Below are positions 21,880 to 33,447 of a DNA stretch of 64,000 nucleotides, in pieces. Position 1 is the first letter of the stretch, and every line of letters starts with the position of its first letter. Under the pieces are notes generated by a model, which worked only from the letters and a program-made list of their open reading frames with translations, did not search any database and was not told the origin of the DNA. This stretch comes from an uncultured Nitrospinota bacterium (GTDB lineage: Bacteria; Tectomicrobia; Entotheonellia; J063; CAVPRW01): positions 128,001 through 192,000 of the forward strand of contig CAVPRW010000025.1 of assembly GCA_963707985.1 (NCBI GenBank), given 5' to 3'. The position numbers and the translations under genes were made by a program.

Positions 21880-24800
21880 GTGATCCGGATTCCCTACGTC
21901 ATTGATAACATGGCAATTCGCCTTGCGGATGTGCTGAATGATCTACTTCAGCGCGAACAGGGGCAACAGGTCGACATCGCGACGGCGTATTTCAGCATCC
22001 GCGGTTTTGAGCTACTTCGGAATACTCTGCCCGCAGTACGGCATCTCCGGCTGCTGTTGGGGGATAAACCGCTGGAAGGCGAAGATATTGGGTTGCGCCC
22101 AGATTCAGCGGCCTACCTGCGGCATGAGCTTAACGCCGAGCCATTCACGGAAGCCACCCTCCGGCTGGTCGAGGAGCTGATCCGATTTCTCCGTCGCGAT
22201 GATGTGGCTGCCCGGCTCTACCTGGGGCGTGATGGACACGAGAGCGGGCGGAGCTACTTCCTACACGCCAAATGTTACCTCTTCTACGGTGGACGCAGCA
22301 GTCAGACTGTCCTGCTCGATCATCTACATCCCGTCGTTGGCATCGTTGGCAGTAGTAATTTCACGGGGCCAGGACTCAGCAGCAACCGCGAGCTGAACCT
22401 CGTTCACAAAACAGTGCTGGAGGAAAGCGAGATCGACGACCCTGAAGCGCGGGGAGCGGTCAGCCATCACGCGGTCGACCGCTTGGACACCAAGTTCACC
22501 CCGGAGAACCAGCGTTTGCTCAAGAGTGAGGTCGGCGCACGGGCCATCATGGATTTATCGCGCTGGTACGAGGAGCAGTGGCAGCGTGCGATCGACTACA
22601 AAGAACAGCTCATCGAATTGCTGGAGAGCTCCAAATTCGGTGGGCGCGAGTACACGCCTTACGAGATTTACATGAAGGCGCTGTACGAATATTTTAAGGA
22701 CGATCTGGATAGCCATGTTGCCCAGCCGTCCACCCGTTCAGCCATTGATCTGGCCGAATTTCAGGAAGACGCGGTGCGCAAGGCCCGCCGCATCCTGGCG
22801 CAGTACGACGGCGTGATCGTGGCGGATTCCGTCGGTCTGGGGAAGACGTGGATCGGCAAGAAGCTGCTGGAAGATTATGCATACCACCTGCGGCAGAAGG
22901 CGCTGGTGATTTGCCCGGCGTCGCTGCGACCGATGTGGGAGAATGAACTGCGTAGTGCGGCGATCTCTGCGTATGTCATCACCCAGGAGCGCCTGGCCGT
23001 CGATGATTTCGACGCCCGTGAAGTGGCTGACGTGGATGTGATTCTCGTCGACGAAGCCCACAATTTCCGTAATAAGCGCGCCAAGCGCTATCTCCAACTC
23101 GAGAACATCCTCGCAGCCAATGGCCGCCGGGGGCGCGAGGGTGGACGCAAGAAGCTCATTCTGCTGACCGCCACACCCATCAACAACAACATTTTCGATC
23201 TCTACAACCAGATCAATCTGTTCACCGGCAATGACCGCACCTACTTCGCATCGGCGGGTATCGGCGACTTATACACTTACTTTTTGGCCGCTCGCCGGGA
23301 GTCCATCGAAGCAGGCAGTATTCGTATCTTCAACCTGCTCGAAGAAGTCGTGATCCGGCGGACACGCCAGTTCATCCGTCGTGCTTATCCGGAAGCCACC
23401 ATTCGTGGCAAGAAGATCACCTGGCCCAGCCGTCAGCTTCACACCATCGAATACGATCTGGAAGCCACTTACGAAGGCTTTTACAAGCACATTGTCCGTC
23501 AAATCGAAGCGCTCAACCTGGCGCACTACAGCCTGGAGAGCTACAAGCGATCCAAGCAGGAGCAGGACGACTTCGAGCTTGGGCGGCAGGTGGCGCTGGT
23601 GGGGATCTTCAAAAGTCGCTTCCTGAAGCGCTTGGAATCCAGCATCGAGGCGTTCCGCATCTCCATCCGCCGCGCCCTGGAATTCGTCAAAGACATTTGC
23701 GGAGTATGTGCAAGACGGCATCATCCTCGATGCGGCATCGTTCAGGATGGCCATGCGCCTGCTGGAAAACGACGATGAAGATACGGAGGATGCCACCCCA
23801 AGCTCACTCGCCACAGCGATGGATGATAACGCTGAGGCACGCCAGATCATCGATGCGCTTCCCCGTCTCGATGCGGGCAAGTACGACCGGCGCAGGCTGC
23901 ACCGGGCTCTGCAAGAGGACATCGACGCGCTGACGGAAATCTGGCACGACATCAAAGACATCAGCGTCACACACGACGCCAAGCTCCAGCAGCTCAAATC
24001 CCTACTTGAAACCGATCTGCATGGGCAAAAAGTCATTATCTTCACGTACTACAAAGACACCGCTCGCTACCTCTACCAGGTCTTGATGAGCGACGACAAC
24101 GCCGCCTGGCGTGGAGGGTATCGGCAATCCGTACATTCGACGGATCGACAGCACGGTGCGACCGCCTGATCGCGCTCGCGCCATCGAAAACTTTGCCCCA
24201 GTGGCCAATGGGTATCCTGAGATCGCCGGCACAGACCAGGAAATTGACATCCTGGTTTCGACCGATGTGCTTTCAGAGGGGCAAAACCTGCAAGACTGTG
24301 GCTATCTGATCAACTACGACCTGCACTGGAATCCGACTCGGATGGTGCAGCGGGCTGGGCGGATCGACCGCCTTGGCTCAGCATTCGATGTCCTGCACAT
24401 CTACAACATGTTCCCCGAACGGGCGTTGGAAGCGCTCCTCGGTCTGGTGCGAAGTCTAACGGCGAAGATTGAGATGATCAATCAGACGGGGTTCTTGGAT
24501 GCCAGCGTCCTCGGCGAGGTGGTCACGCCGCGCGATTTCAACACGCTCAAGCGCATCGCCGACGAAGATAATTCGGTGATCGAGGAACAGGAGTCTTTTC
24601 TCGAACTGGCCAGCAGTGAGGTGCTCCTCGCGGAATTGCAGAAGGTGTTGAGTACCGATGCCCAGCGCTGGCTGACTGATCTCGATGATGGTATTCATTC
24701 GGGACTGGAACGACGCGACACCAAGGGGATATTTTTCTATTTCACCGCGCCGCGAGACAGTGGACGCGCCCATTTCTGGCGCTACTATGATCTGGAAACA

Positions 24801-25295
24801 CGTAAGATCATCGACAATCGGTATCACATCATGCAGATGATCGCCTGCAGCCCTGATACGCCACGTTTCCCACCCCCCTATCAGGAGGTCGATATGTGTT
24901 CGAGATCCAGGATAAAGTCATCGAGAGCATTCATGGGCGATGTTGAACAGCAAGAAGCCGCGGCGATTGTCAATAAGCCCGTCGCTGAGGAACAGGCGTT
25001 GGTGGCTCAGGTGCTACAGGGCCATCTGAACCATCCCGAGATGGACCGTCAGGAGCTTCGGGAGCTGCGGAAATTTCTGAGGCAGCCGTTGGTTGGGGCG
25101 TCGGTTCAGCAGTTACGCAACGCCATACAACGCTACAGCAGCACGAACGACATCCAGGTGTTGATTGAGACCGTTCGAGCCTTGTATCAGCACCAGGGAG
25201 CAGGTTCTTCCCAGGAGTCTCCTACCGAAAAGCCTGTGAGCAAAATCAGACGAGAAGACCTCAAGCTGATCTGTTATGAATACATTTATGCCTAA
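21880..25295 (+). CDS. PLD-nuclease / SNF2-type SF2 helicase fusion (frameshifts near 23697, 24113, 24900-24930)
   Basis: PLD half-site HAKCY...GSSNFT; ADSVGLGKT, DEAH, LTATP, KRLESS, STDVLSEGQNLQ, WNPTRMVQRAGRIDR. Confidence 0.9.
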
Positions 25296-25536
25296 CGGCC
25301 AGTGGCGACGGTAGTCGCGCATGTCCGACAACAAATCCCACCCTGCATCTCTACTGGACTTCAGTGGCGAGGGGCAGGTGTCCCACCCAGAAATGCCTGA
25401 CCGATGCGCGAAGCCTTTTAGCTTGTACTAGGCACAAGGCTTTGCCATAATGGTCCCGGCCCTGATTTTTCGTGGATCTTGGATACAAGGCCTGGAAGAC
25501 GTGTTATTGGCGGCACAGTGTTCTGGAGAAGGTCAC

Positions 25537-26844
25537 ATGGCTGATGACAGAGGCTCCTTCGACCTCGAAGTCGGCGTGTTCCCGCTGCAACGGCTGGTGT
25601 TTGCTTCGCAAACCCATTATCAAAACGGTACCCTGGGGATTAATCGAGCCTCCCTCCTGAACGCTATCGCCGAGCCGCGTGTGATCGCCGACATCGAGAT
25701 TCATCTGGCACATCCGGGCGAGTCCTGTCGGATTGTCCATGTGCTGGACGCCGTGCCGGTGATGGCGAAGGTCGAAGGGCGCTCGACGGTGTTTCCAGGC
25801 TTTTTCGGCCCTGCCATCCCTGCTGGTGATGGCCGCAATCACCGCCTTCGCGGCGCCGCTGTGCTGGTCTGTGGCACCTTTCCCGATCCCACCAGCGGTG
25901 CGCTCTCCCCGGCAGAAGTGATCATCGATATGAGCGGACCGGCGGCCCCTTACTGCGCCTTTTCCGACACCGCGAATGTGGTCCTGGTGTGTCATCCGGC
26001 ACCGCGGATCACCAATGCCGAATTCGATGCCGCGTTACACCGCGCCAAGTTGAAAGCAGCCGTCTACCTGGCGCGTGCCACTGCGTCGATCGAGCCCCCG
26101 GAACGAGAGCGCTATCATCTGTCGGCGGTGGATCCGGCGCTGCCACGCGTGGTCTACGTGAACCTGCTCCACCAGCAAGGCTTGATGGCCCAGACGTTTC
26201 TCTACGCAATGCCTACCCAGGGTATGGAGCCAACGATCCTGCATCCCAACGAGATGCTTGATGGCGCCCTGGTGAATGGCAATTACCGTGCGCCTGGGCG
26301 GGGGATTACCGCGGCCCATTGCGATAACTCTGTCGTGCGAGAGCTGTACCACCGTCATGGCAACGAGGTGAATTTCTTGGGCGTGGTGGTCGGCCGCGGC
26401 TGGCAAGATACGCAATTCCTCAAAGAGCGTCAGGGCTGGATGATGGCGCGGGTAGCCCGACTGATGGGGGCGCAAATCGCCATCGTGTCGGCCGATATGA
26501 GCGGCACGGGCGGCAACAACACCATTGACTTCATGCAAACCGTCAAAGCCTGCGAGCACATGGGCTTACGAACGGTAGCAATTCTCCAGGAATCGGGCAA
26601 TCCGGATGGCACGGATCCCACCCTGGTCGATTATGTGCCTGAAGCCGATGCCCTCGTCAGTGTTGGTGGTGTCGGCTGGCATGCTCCCATGGCACCAGCA
26701 GTGGATCGCGTCATCGGTGGTCCAACGGTGCAGCCCAGCATTGCCCAGGATCCGCTCGACGCCTTCGGTCCCTTACAGGTCGACTCCTGGTATGGTGCCA
26801 TCTGGAAACGCTCCGAGCTGGGGCTGTCGGCGGTAGACGCCTAG
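25537..26844 (+). CDS. Glycine/sarcosine/betaine reductase protein B, GrdE/GrdI-like subunit
   Basis: HPGESCRIVHVLD, IIDMSGP, LPRVVY, PTILHPNEMLDGALVNGN, ADALVSVG. Confidence 0.85.
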   Translation: MADDRGSFDLEVGVFPLQRLVFASQTHYQNGTLGINRASLLNAIAEPRVIADIEIHLAHPGESCRIVHVLDAVPVMAKVEGRSTVFPGFFGPAIPAGDGRNHRLRGAAVLVCGTFPDPTSGALSPAEVIIDMSGPAAPYCAFSDTANVVLVCHPAPRITNAEFDAALHRAKLKAAVYLARATASIEPPERERYHLSAVDPALPRVVYVNLLHQQGLMAQTFLYAMPTQGMEPTILHPNEMLDGALVNGNYRAPGRGITAAHCDNSVVRELYHRHGNEVNFLGVVVGRGWQDTQFLKERQGWMMARVARLMGAQIAIVSADMSGTGGNNTIDFMQTVKACEHMGLRTVAILQESGNPDGTDPTLVDYVPEADALVSVGGVGWHAPMAPAVDRVIGGPTVQPSIAQDPLDAFGPLQVDSWYGAIWKRSELGLSAVDA

Positions 26845-26873
26845 GACAGTCTTCTAGTCTTGCATCATAGGAG

Positions 26874-28212
26874 ATGATCGTGGCTGAGTTACTCCGCGTC
26901 CTCCATTACATCAATGCATTTTTCGGAGGTCTGGGCGGTGAGGAAGAAGCCCACACCGCTGTCAGCCTCCAGGACGGGGCGCTCGGGCCAGGAAGACTCC
27001 TGGAGCAGATCCTGGCCGATGAAGGGCAGGTGATTGCCACGGTCATGTGCGGCGATGGCTACTTCAGTGAGCACGAAGAAGCGGTGGTGGCGCAGGTCCA
27101 GGGCTACTTGCGAGACCTGCAGCCGGATATTTTTCTTGCCGGCCCAGCCTTTCGCTCCGGGCGTTATGGTCTGGCTTGTGGGCGACTTTGCCTGGAAGCC
27201 GAACGCCTGGGGATCCCAGCAATCACCGGGATGCATGAAGAAAACCCTGGGAGTGACCTCTACCGCCCGCATCACCTCTACATCATCGCTACGGCCACCA
27301 GCGCCGTCGGGATGCAACCGGCGCTGCAACGTATGGTCGCGCTGGCAATGAAGCGTCGGCGTGGGCTGCCGCTGGGCTCAGCCACGGAAGAAGGCTTCCT
27401 CCCACGCGCCGTCCGCCGCACGGTGCGAACAGGCACACCGGCAGCCGCACGGGCCGTGGACATGGCGTTGAAGAAATGGCGTGGCGAACCGTATACGCAG
27501 TGAGCTCACCGTTGAGACCTTCGAGGTCATCCAACCGCCTCCGCCGCTGAGCGATCCCAGTAAGATGCTGTTCGCGCTGGTCACGGAGTCGGGCTTGGTC
27601 CCCAGGGGTAACCCCGATCGCTTGCCCTCCGCCACCGCGACGCACTGGGCCAGGTATTCCATCTCCGGGATGGATCGGCTGGTGCCGGGCGAGTGGGACG
27701 GCGTGCACGGGGGGTACGACAATAGTGCAGCATTGCAAGATCCCAACCGTGTGGTGCCGCTCGATGCAGTCCGTGCGCTGGAACGTGAGGGAATGATTGG
27801 CCAGCTGCTTGACGAGTTGTTTGTCACCGTGGGGAATCTCGGCAGCTTGAATGCCATGAAACGCATCGGCGCGGAGATCGCCAACACGCTGCTACAGCGC
27901 GGGGTGGGCGCTGTCATCCTGCCGGCCACGTGAGGCACCGGCACTCGTAGCGGGGCTACGATCGCCAAGGAGTGTGAACGTGTCGGTATCCCCACCGTGT
28001 TAGCCACCTGCTTGTATACGGTCGCCACACGCGTGGGAGCGAATCGCATCGTGCGCGGCGGGAAGTTTCACCATCCGTTCGGCAACCCCGATATTCCGCC
28101 AGCGGATGAATATGCGTTTCGGCGTGCCTTCGTGGAGCGGACTATTCGGGCGCTGTGCACGCCGGTGCAGCAGCCGACGGTCTTCGATGTGGAGACCTCG
28201 GTGGTGGCCTGA
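26874..28212 (+). CDS. GrdB-family selenoprotein B (Sec UGA 27931-27933; frameshift near 27497)
   Basis: HYINAFFGGLGGEE, AGPAFRSGRYG, MHEENPG, HGGYD, DPNRVVPLD; reading through UGA gives PAT-U-GTGTRSGATIAKECERVGIP...GANRIV. Confidence 0.85.
27946..27960 (+). promoter_or_regulatory. SECIS-like hairpin
   Basis: CGTAGC-GGG-GCTACG; loop starts 18 nt after the in-frame UGA. Confidence 0.65.
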
Positions 28213-28282
28213 AGAGGGAAGCGACCCATCGTTGGGCCAGTGGGGAGTTGGGTGCAGATCATCGTTCGAGAGGAGAACAGCG

Positions 28283-28669
28283 ATGCCAGTCTACAGCTAT
28301 GACCATATTCACCTTCGCAGCCGTGATCCCATGGCAACCGCCCAGTACTATCAGAAGATGTTCGACGCCAAGATCGTCGAATCCATCCAATCGGATGGGC
28401 AGCCGCGCATCGACCTCGACATCAACGGGCTGACGGTATTCCTAGCCCGCGTGCCGGCAGACGCCAAAATCGGTGAGTCGCCAGTTGATCCCCACCTCGG
28501 CCTGGACCATTTCGGGCTCAGGGTCGACAACCTCGATGCTGCGTATGCTGAACTGAAACAGCGTGGAGCCGACTTCGCGGTGGAACCACGCACCATCCGC
28601 CCCGGCGTCAAGATCGCCTTTGTGCGCGGGCCAGATAATGTGCGCATTGAGCTGCTGGAACGATCTTGA
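28283..28669 (+). CDS. VOC/glyoxalase family protein
   Basis: YDHIHL, GLDHFGLRVDNL, GPDNVRIELLE; RBS AGGAG. Confidence 0.9.
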   Translation: MPVYSYDHIHLRSRDPMATAQYYQKMFDAKIVESIQSDGQPRIDLDINGLTVFLARVPADAKIGESPVDPHLGLDHFGLRVDNLDAAYAELKQRGADFAVEPRTIRPGVKIAFVRGPDNVRIELLERS

Positions 28670-28692
28670 TTTCTCCCTGACGCCGTTCGCGG

Positions 28693-28779
28693 TCTCTCTG
28701 AGAGAGGGTCTGGGTGAGGGGGACAACGTGTACTCCTGATGAGCTCTCACCCTCAGCCTCCTCCGAGAGGGCACAGGGA
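28693..28779. repeat. Degenerate REPIN-like element
   Basis: TCTCTCTGAGAGAGGGTCTGGGTGAGGG ... CTCTCACCCTCAGCCTCC inverted pair. Confidence 0.5.
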
Positions 28780-28794
28780 AAGAAGGAGACCATC

Positions 28795-30034
28795 TTGAAG
28801 TGGGCCATACGTGCGCAGCGAGTATTCGATGGCGCTGGAAATCCGGTGATACGAGATGCTGTGGTGGTCGTCGACGATGCACGTATCGCCGCTGTGGGGC
28901 CGGTTACCCAGGTGCAATTACCGCAAGGCGTAGAAATTGCTCGACGTCGGAGATCGCACGCTCATGCCGGGCTTGATCGACGCCCATGTACATGTGCTGT
29001 TAACCGGGAGTGCGATCAGCGGCCAGGAATCGCGCGCCATGAACGATCATCAGGTGTTGTTGGTAGGGGCGCGAAACGCTCAACTGGCGCTCAAGAGCGG
29101 TCTGACGACGGTGCGTGATTGCGGCGACCGCGGTTATCTGAGTCTGGTTCTACGGGACTTCATCAACGGTGGTGGCCTCGCAGGCCCCCGGTTGGTCTGC
29201 TCGGGACCAGTTCTCACCAGCACCGCTGGTCATCTATGGTGGGACGGGATCGAGTGCGATACGGTCGATGACCTGCGGCGTGGGGTGCGCACCCTGGTGA
29301 AGCATGGGGTCGATTGCATCAAGCTCATGGGTACGGGAGGTAACGCCACGCCGGGCTCCAACCCCGAAGCCTCACAATACGATGCGCTGGGATTCATAGC
29401 TGTCGCAGAAGATGCACACCGCATGGGCAAGAAGGTCGCGGTCCATGTGCACGGCGTAGAAGGTACCCGCATGGCGGTGGACGCCGGGATCGACACCTTG
29501 GAGCATGTGCCATTTCGCGCTCAGGGGGGAATTGCCTATAGTGAGGCCCTGGTCGACGACATCGTACGCAAAGGACTTATCGTCAGCCTGGCCATGCCCG
29601 CCACCTGGTATCGGATACGGGCCGAGGACATGCGCGAGGCACGCTCCCACCCTGGCCATCTCTGGGAAGCGCGCTATGAAACGATCCGTCGCATGCATAA
29701 GGCGGGCGTCCAGCTGGTGGTCAGCAGCGATACGGGGTCAACTGGCACCAGGATCGACGAGTTGGCACTCTTGATGGAGTTTCTGGTGAAGGGCATCCAG
29801 ATCCCCGCGGCCGACATTTTGCGTGGCGCAACGGGTTTCGCAGCCGAAGCGCTGGGCATGGCCAATGATATCGGTACGCTGACTCCTGGCAAACTCGCCG
29901 ATATGGTTGTGGTCGACGGCGATCCGCTGACGGATATCACCGCTATGCAACGTATTCATACCGTCGTCAAAGACGGCAAGGTACTGGTGCGTGAAGGAGG
30001 ATTGCTCCTGTCTCCCACGAGCGAAGAGAGCTAA
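28795..30034 (+). CDS. Metal-dependent amidohydrolase (frameshift near 28935)
   Basis: PGLIDAHVH, GLTTVRD, IKL, VAVHVHG, EH, SD, GKLADMVVVDGDP; N-terminus KWAIRAQRVFDG lies in the adjacent frame. Confidence 0.88.
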
Positions 30035-30066
30035 GGTAGGGGGTCGAATACCAGAGGATTGCACGT

Positions 30067-30954
30067 ATGCCCAAGGCTCCTGTGAATGGTGTGAATTTGT
30101 ATTATGAGGTCACCGGGAGCGGTTATCCGTTGCTCTTGGTGCATGAATTCGCTGGGGATTACCGCAGTTGGGAACCACAAGTGCGTTACTTCGCCCACCG
30201 CTATCAGGTGATCACCTACAATGCCCGGGGTTATCCGCCGTCGGACGTCCCAGAGGACCTCACCGCCTATTCGCAGGAACAGGCGGCTTTGGATATCATT
30301 GGACTCCTAGAGCATCTACACATTCCCCAGGCACACCTCGTCGGGCTGTCGATGGGCGGCTATGCCGTCCTACATGCGGGGCTAAGCCATCCCTCCAGAG
30401 CTCGATCCCTGGTGGTCGCCGGATGTGGCTATGGCTCGGTGTCGAGCGAGCGCGAGCGCTTCCAGCAGGACTCTGGCCACATCGCCGAACGACTCCAGCA
30501 CCAAGGCATGCCAGCTGTCGCTGAGGTCTATGCCAGAGGCCCGACCCGTGTGCAGTTCGCGGACAAGGACCCACGGGGCTGGCGCGAGTTCGCCGCGCAG
30601 TTGGCCGAACATTCGGCCATTGGGGCGGCGCTGACGCTGCTCGGGGTGCAAGGACGACGTCCCTCCGTCTATGCCCTGGAAGCCCAGATGCGTCAACTGC
30701 AGGTGCCAACGCTGATCGTCACCGGGGACGAAGACGAACCCTGCTTGGAGCCGGGGCTGTTCATGAAACGCGTTATCCCCACCGCCGGGCTGGTGGTGAT
30801 GCCCAAGTGCGGCCACACCATCAACATTGAAGAACCCGACGCCTTCAACCGCATTGTCAGCGACTTCTTGACAGCCGTCGAGGCGGGAAAATGGGGTGTG
30901 CGCAACCCCTCGTCCTTGAGCGCGTCGGCAATCCTCCCGCCGGAGCACTCGTAA
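30067..30954 (+). CDS. Alpha/beta hydrolase
   Basis: HEFAGD, GLSMGG, GDED, GHTINIEEP. Confidence 0.92.
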   Translation: MPKAPVNGVNLYYEVTGSGYPLLLVHEFAGDYRSWEPQVRYFAHRYQVITYNARGYPPSDVPEDLTAYSQEQAALDIIGLLEHLHIPQAHLVGLSMGGYAVLHAGLSHPSRARSLVVAGCGYGSVSSERERFQQDSGHIAERLQHQGMPAVAEVYARGPTRVQFADKDPRGWREFAAQLAEHSAIGAALTLLGVQGRRPSVYALEAQMRQLQVPTLIVTGDEDEPCLEPGLFMKRVIPTAGLVVMPKCGHTINIEEPDAFNRIVSDFLTAVEAGKWGVRNPSSLSASAILPPEHS

Positions 30955-31145
30955 CGCCCCGGCTGCGATCGCACCAGATGGGTGATCCACTGCAGGGGCA
31001 AATACCGCACGGCAGCGTGTCTCCATACTGCTCCCCTGGCTCGCCCGGCGGGTGCCATCTCATCTATGACGTCCTCCTCGCGGTGGTGCTTTATGGTCAT
31101 GGCGAGCCTCCCCCCGTGCGTATGAAATATGTTGGGAGCACAGTG

Positions 31146-31902
31146 ATGGGATCATCAGTCGCCATTGTCATTCCCTGCTACAACGAAGCCAAACGACTTC
31201 AGGTCAGCCAGTATAAAGCATACTTCGATGCCGATCGCGCACACCTGTTTGTGTTTGTCAATGATGGGAGTCACGATACGACAGTGCAGGTCATCCAAGG
31301 CCTCCACCAAAGTCATCCGCAGCACTGCGCCTATATCGATTTGCCGCGGAATGTCGGGAAGGCTGAAGCAGTCAGGCGGGGTCTCCTGTCGGCTTTTGAC
31401 ACGAACCCTGACTTTGCGGGCTATTGGGATGCCGATCTGGCCACGCCCCTCGAAACCATTCCCGACCTTTTGTAAGCTGCTTGAATCCCACTCCGAGATC
31501 GACATGGTCTTCGGGGCGCGGGTTCGCCTCCTTGGCAGAGCCATCGAGCGCAGCCCGTTGAGGCATTATCTGGGTCGGGTGTTTGCTACGGCTGCCTCCT
31601 TGACGATAGGCCTACCGATCTACGACACACAATGTGGCGCCAAGCTCTTCAGAGTGTGCCCCCTAGTCCGCTCGTTGTTTCAACAACCCTTTATGACGCG
31701 CTGGCTGTTCGACGTCGAAATCATTGCCCGGCTCATCCAGACCTGCCAGCGCGACAAGCTCCGGTCACCCAAAGACCTGATCTATGAGTTTCCGTTACAG
31801 ACCTGGAAGGATGTGGCGGGGTCGAAAGTCAAGCCGGTCGATTTCTTCAAGAGCTTTTATGACCTTGCCAGAATCTACCGGACATATTTCCGATCTCCGT
31901 AG
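31146..31902 (+). CDS. GT2 glycosyltransferase (dolichyl-phosphate glucosyltransferase-like), frameshift near 31470
   Basis: VIPCYNE, VNDGS, GKAEAVR, DADLATP, then DTQCGAKLF, WLFDVE. Confidence 0.88.
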
Positions 31903-32038
31903 GGCGACGGAAGTTTCCGGCCAGGCCACCTGCCGCTGCCGCCAGAGCTTAACCTCCCGTTCTACCGCTTGTACCACGACTACACGCATGCTATGGTAGT
32001 GCCGCTTGCCGCACGCTCCTGGGGTGATGGGAGGCTAA

Positions 32039-33307
32039 ATGGTACAGTCGTCGCTGGAAACGCCGAAACAGGCCTATCGTTGGTTCCTACTGATCGCCCT
32101 CTGCCTGATCGGTTTTATAACGATCGGCACACGAGCCACCCTTGGCAATTTTTTTAAGACCATCATCGCCGACTTGAGCTGGGATCGGGGCACCATCTCG
32201 TTCGTGGTGGCGGTGAACCTATGGATCAGCGGGCTGTTGCAGCCCTTTGCCGGCCACGTCATGGATCGGTTTGGTGCCAAATGGCTGTTTACCGCCAGTG
32301 TAGCAACTTACGGCCTGGGCCTGGCGCTGATGGGCCTGACCAACAGCGTTGGATATTTGTTGGTCATCTACGGGATCATGATCGGAGCGGCATCCGCTGG
32401 CTCGTCGATGAGCCTGTCCAATGCCCTGCTGGCTCAATGGTTCCGCGACGGGCGTGCGTTTGCCATGAGCATCAATAACGCATGTGGCGCCGTCGGCCAA
32501 TTGATCCTGGTCTATATCAGTTACCTCCTGCTTGAATCTATTGGTTGGCGTCTAAGTCATGTGTATCTGGGGATCGCGGTCCTCGCAGTGGCGGTGCCGA
32601 TGGCCTTAATGGTACCACGCCGGAGACCCGACTTCACCGGCTTGTCTGGTGCATCGCCCCGTCAATCGGCGGCCGGAGGTCCGTTAGAGACCACTAGCTG
32701 GTCGAAAGCGCTGTGCAGCGCGCCGCTCTGGCAACTTAACGTCGGCTATTTCGTCTGTGGTATGACGGTAGCAATCTTTAGCGTGCATCTCATTCCCTTT
32801 GCCACCGACCATGGGTTTTCACCCCAGAGCGCCGCGAAGGCATTTGGGTTGATGGCCATTCTCAGCGTTGTCGGTTCGTTGCTGAGTGGTGTGCTCTCCG
32901 ACCGCGTCGGGCGCAAGAACATCCTGGCACTGGCCTACGTGACCCGAGCTGCGGCGTTCACGCTACTGCTGCTGTGGCATCACGAGCTGGCTCTATATGT
33001 CTTTGCTGTGCTCGGCGGTCTCTCCTGGTTGGCGACACCGCCATCGGTGATCGCGCTCACCGGGGAAATCTATGGCATGCGTGCCCTCGGCACGCTGGGC
33101 GGGATTTCCTTGTTGGCGCACCAGATCGGTGGTGGGGCCAGCGTCTGGTTGGCTGGCACCATGCACGATCTCACTGGCAGCTATGATGTCTCGTTTGCCT
33201 TGGCGGCAGTCGCCTTGCTCGGCGCGTCCTTGATCAGTTTTTCAATTGCCGAACGCCGCTATTCAGTACGTTATCTGACACCTGTACCCTCGGCTGTAGG
33301 TGATTGA
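32039..33307 (+). CDS. MFS transporter
   Basis: About 12 hydrophobic segments; GHVMDRFG and GVLSDRVGRK motif A. Confidence 0.92.
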   Translation: MVQSSLETPKQAYRWFLLIALCLIGFITIGTRATLGNFFKTIIADLSWDRGTISFVVAVNLWISGLLQPFAGHVMDRFGAKWLFTASVATYGLGLALMGLTNSVGYLLVIYGIMIGAASAGSSMSLSNALLAQWFRDGRAFAMSINNACGAVGQLILVYISYLLLESIGWRLSHVYLGIAVLAVAVPMALMVPRRRPDFTGLSGASPRQSAAGGPLETTSWSKALCSAPLWQLNVGYFVCGMTVAIFSVHLIPFATDHGFSPQSAAKAFGLMAILSVVGSLLSGVLSDRVGRKNILALAYVTRAAAFTLLLLWHHELALYVFAVLGGLSWLATPPSVIALTGEIYGMRALGTLGGISLLAHQIGGGASVWLAGTMHDLTGSYDVSFALAAVALLGASLISFSIAERRYSVRYLTPVPSAVGD

Positions 33308-33447
33308 TCCGACCCGGTCTGCAAAGACTCTGGGAAGGTTGCATTGCCTTCGGATGAGGCGTATGGTTGACATCATCGCGTGTGTGACGTGGCATGTGCG
33401 ATGTGGAGAACTTACGCAGGAATATCGATGCCGAAAAGGAGAACCCA

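Noticed and set aside
14780..25295. Complete BREX or DISARM system
   Set aside because: No pglZ, brxC, brxL, drmA or DUF1998 gene is visible.
25289..25340. GCCTAAC at the helicase stop as an attC left end
   Set aside because: No inner inverted repeats or GTTRRRY partner follow.
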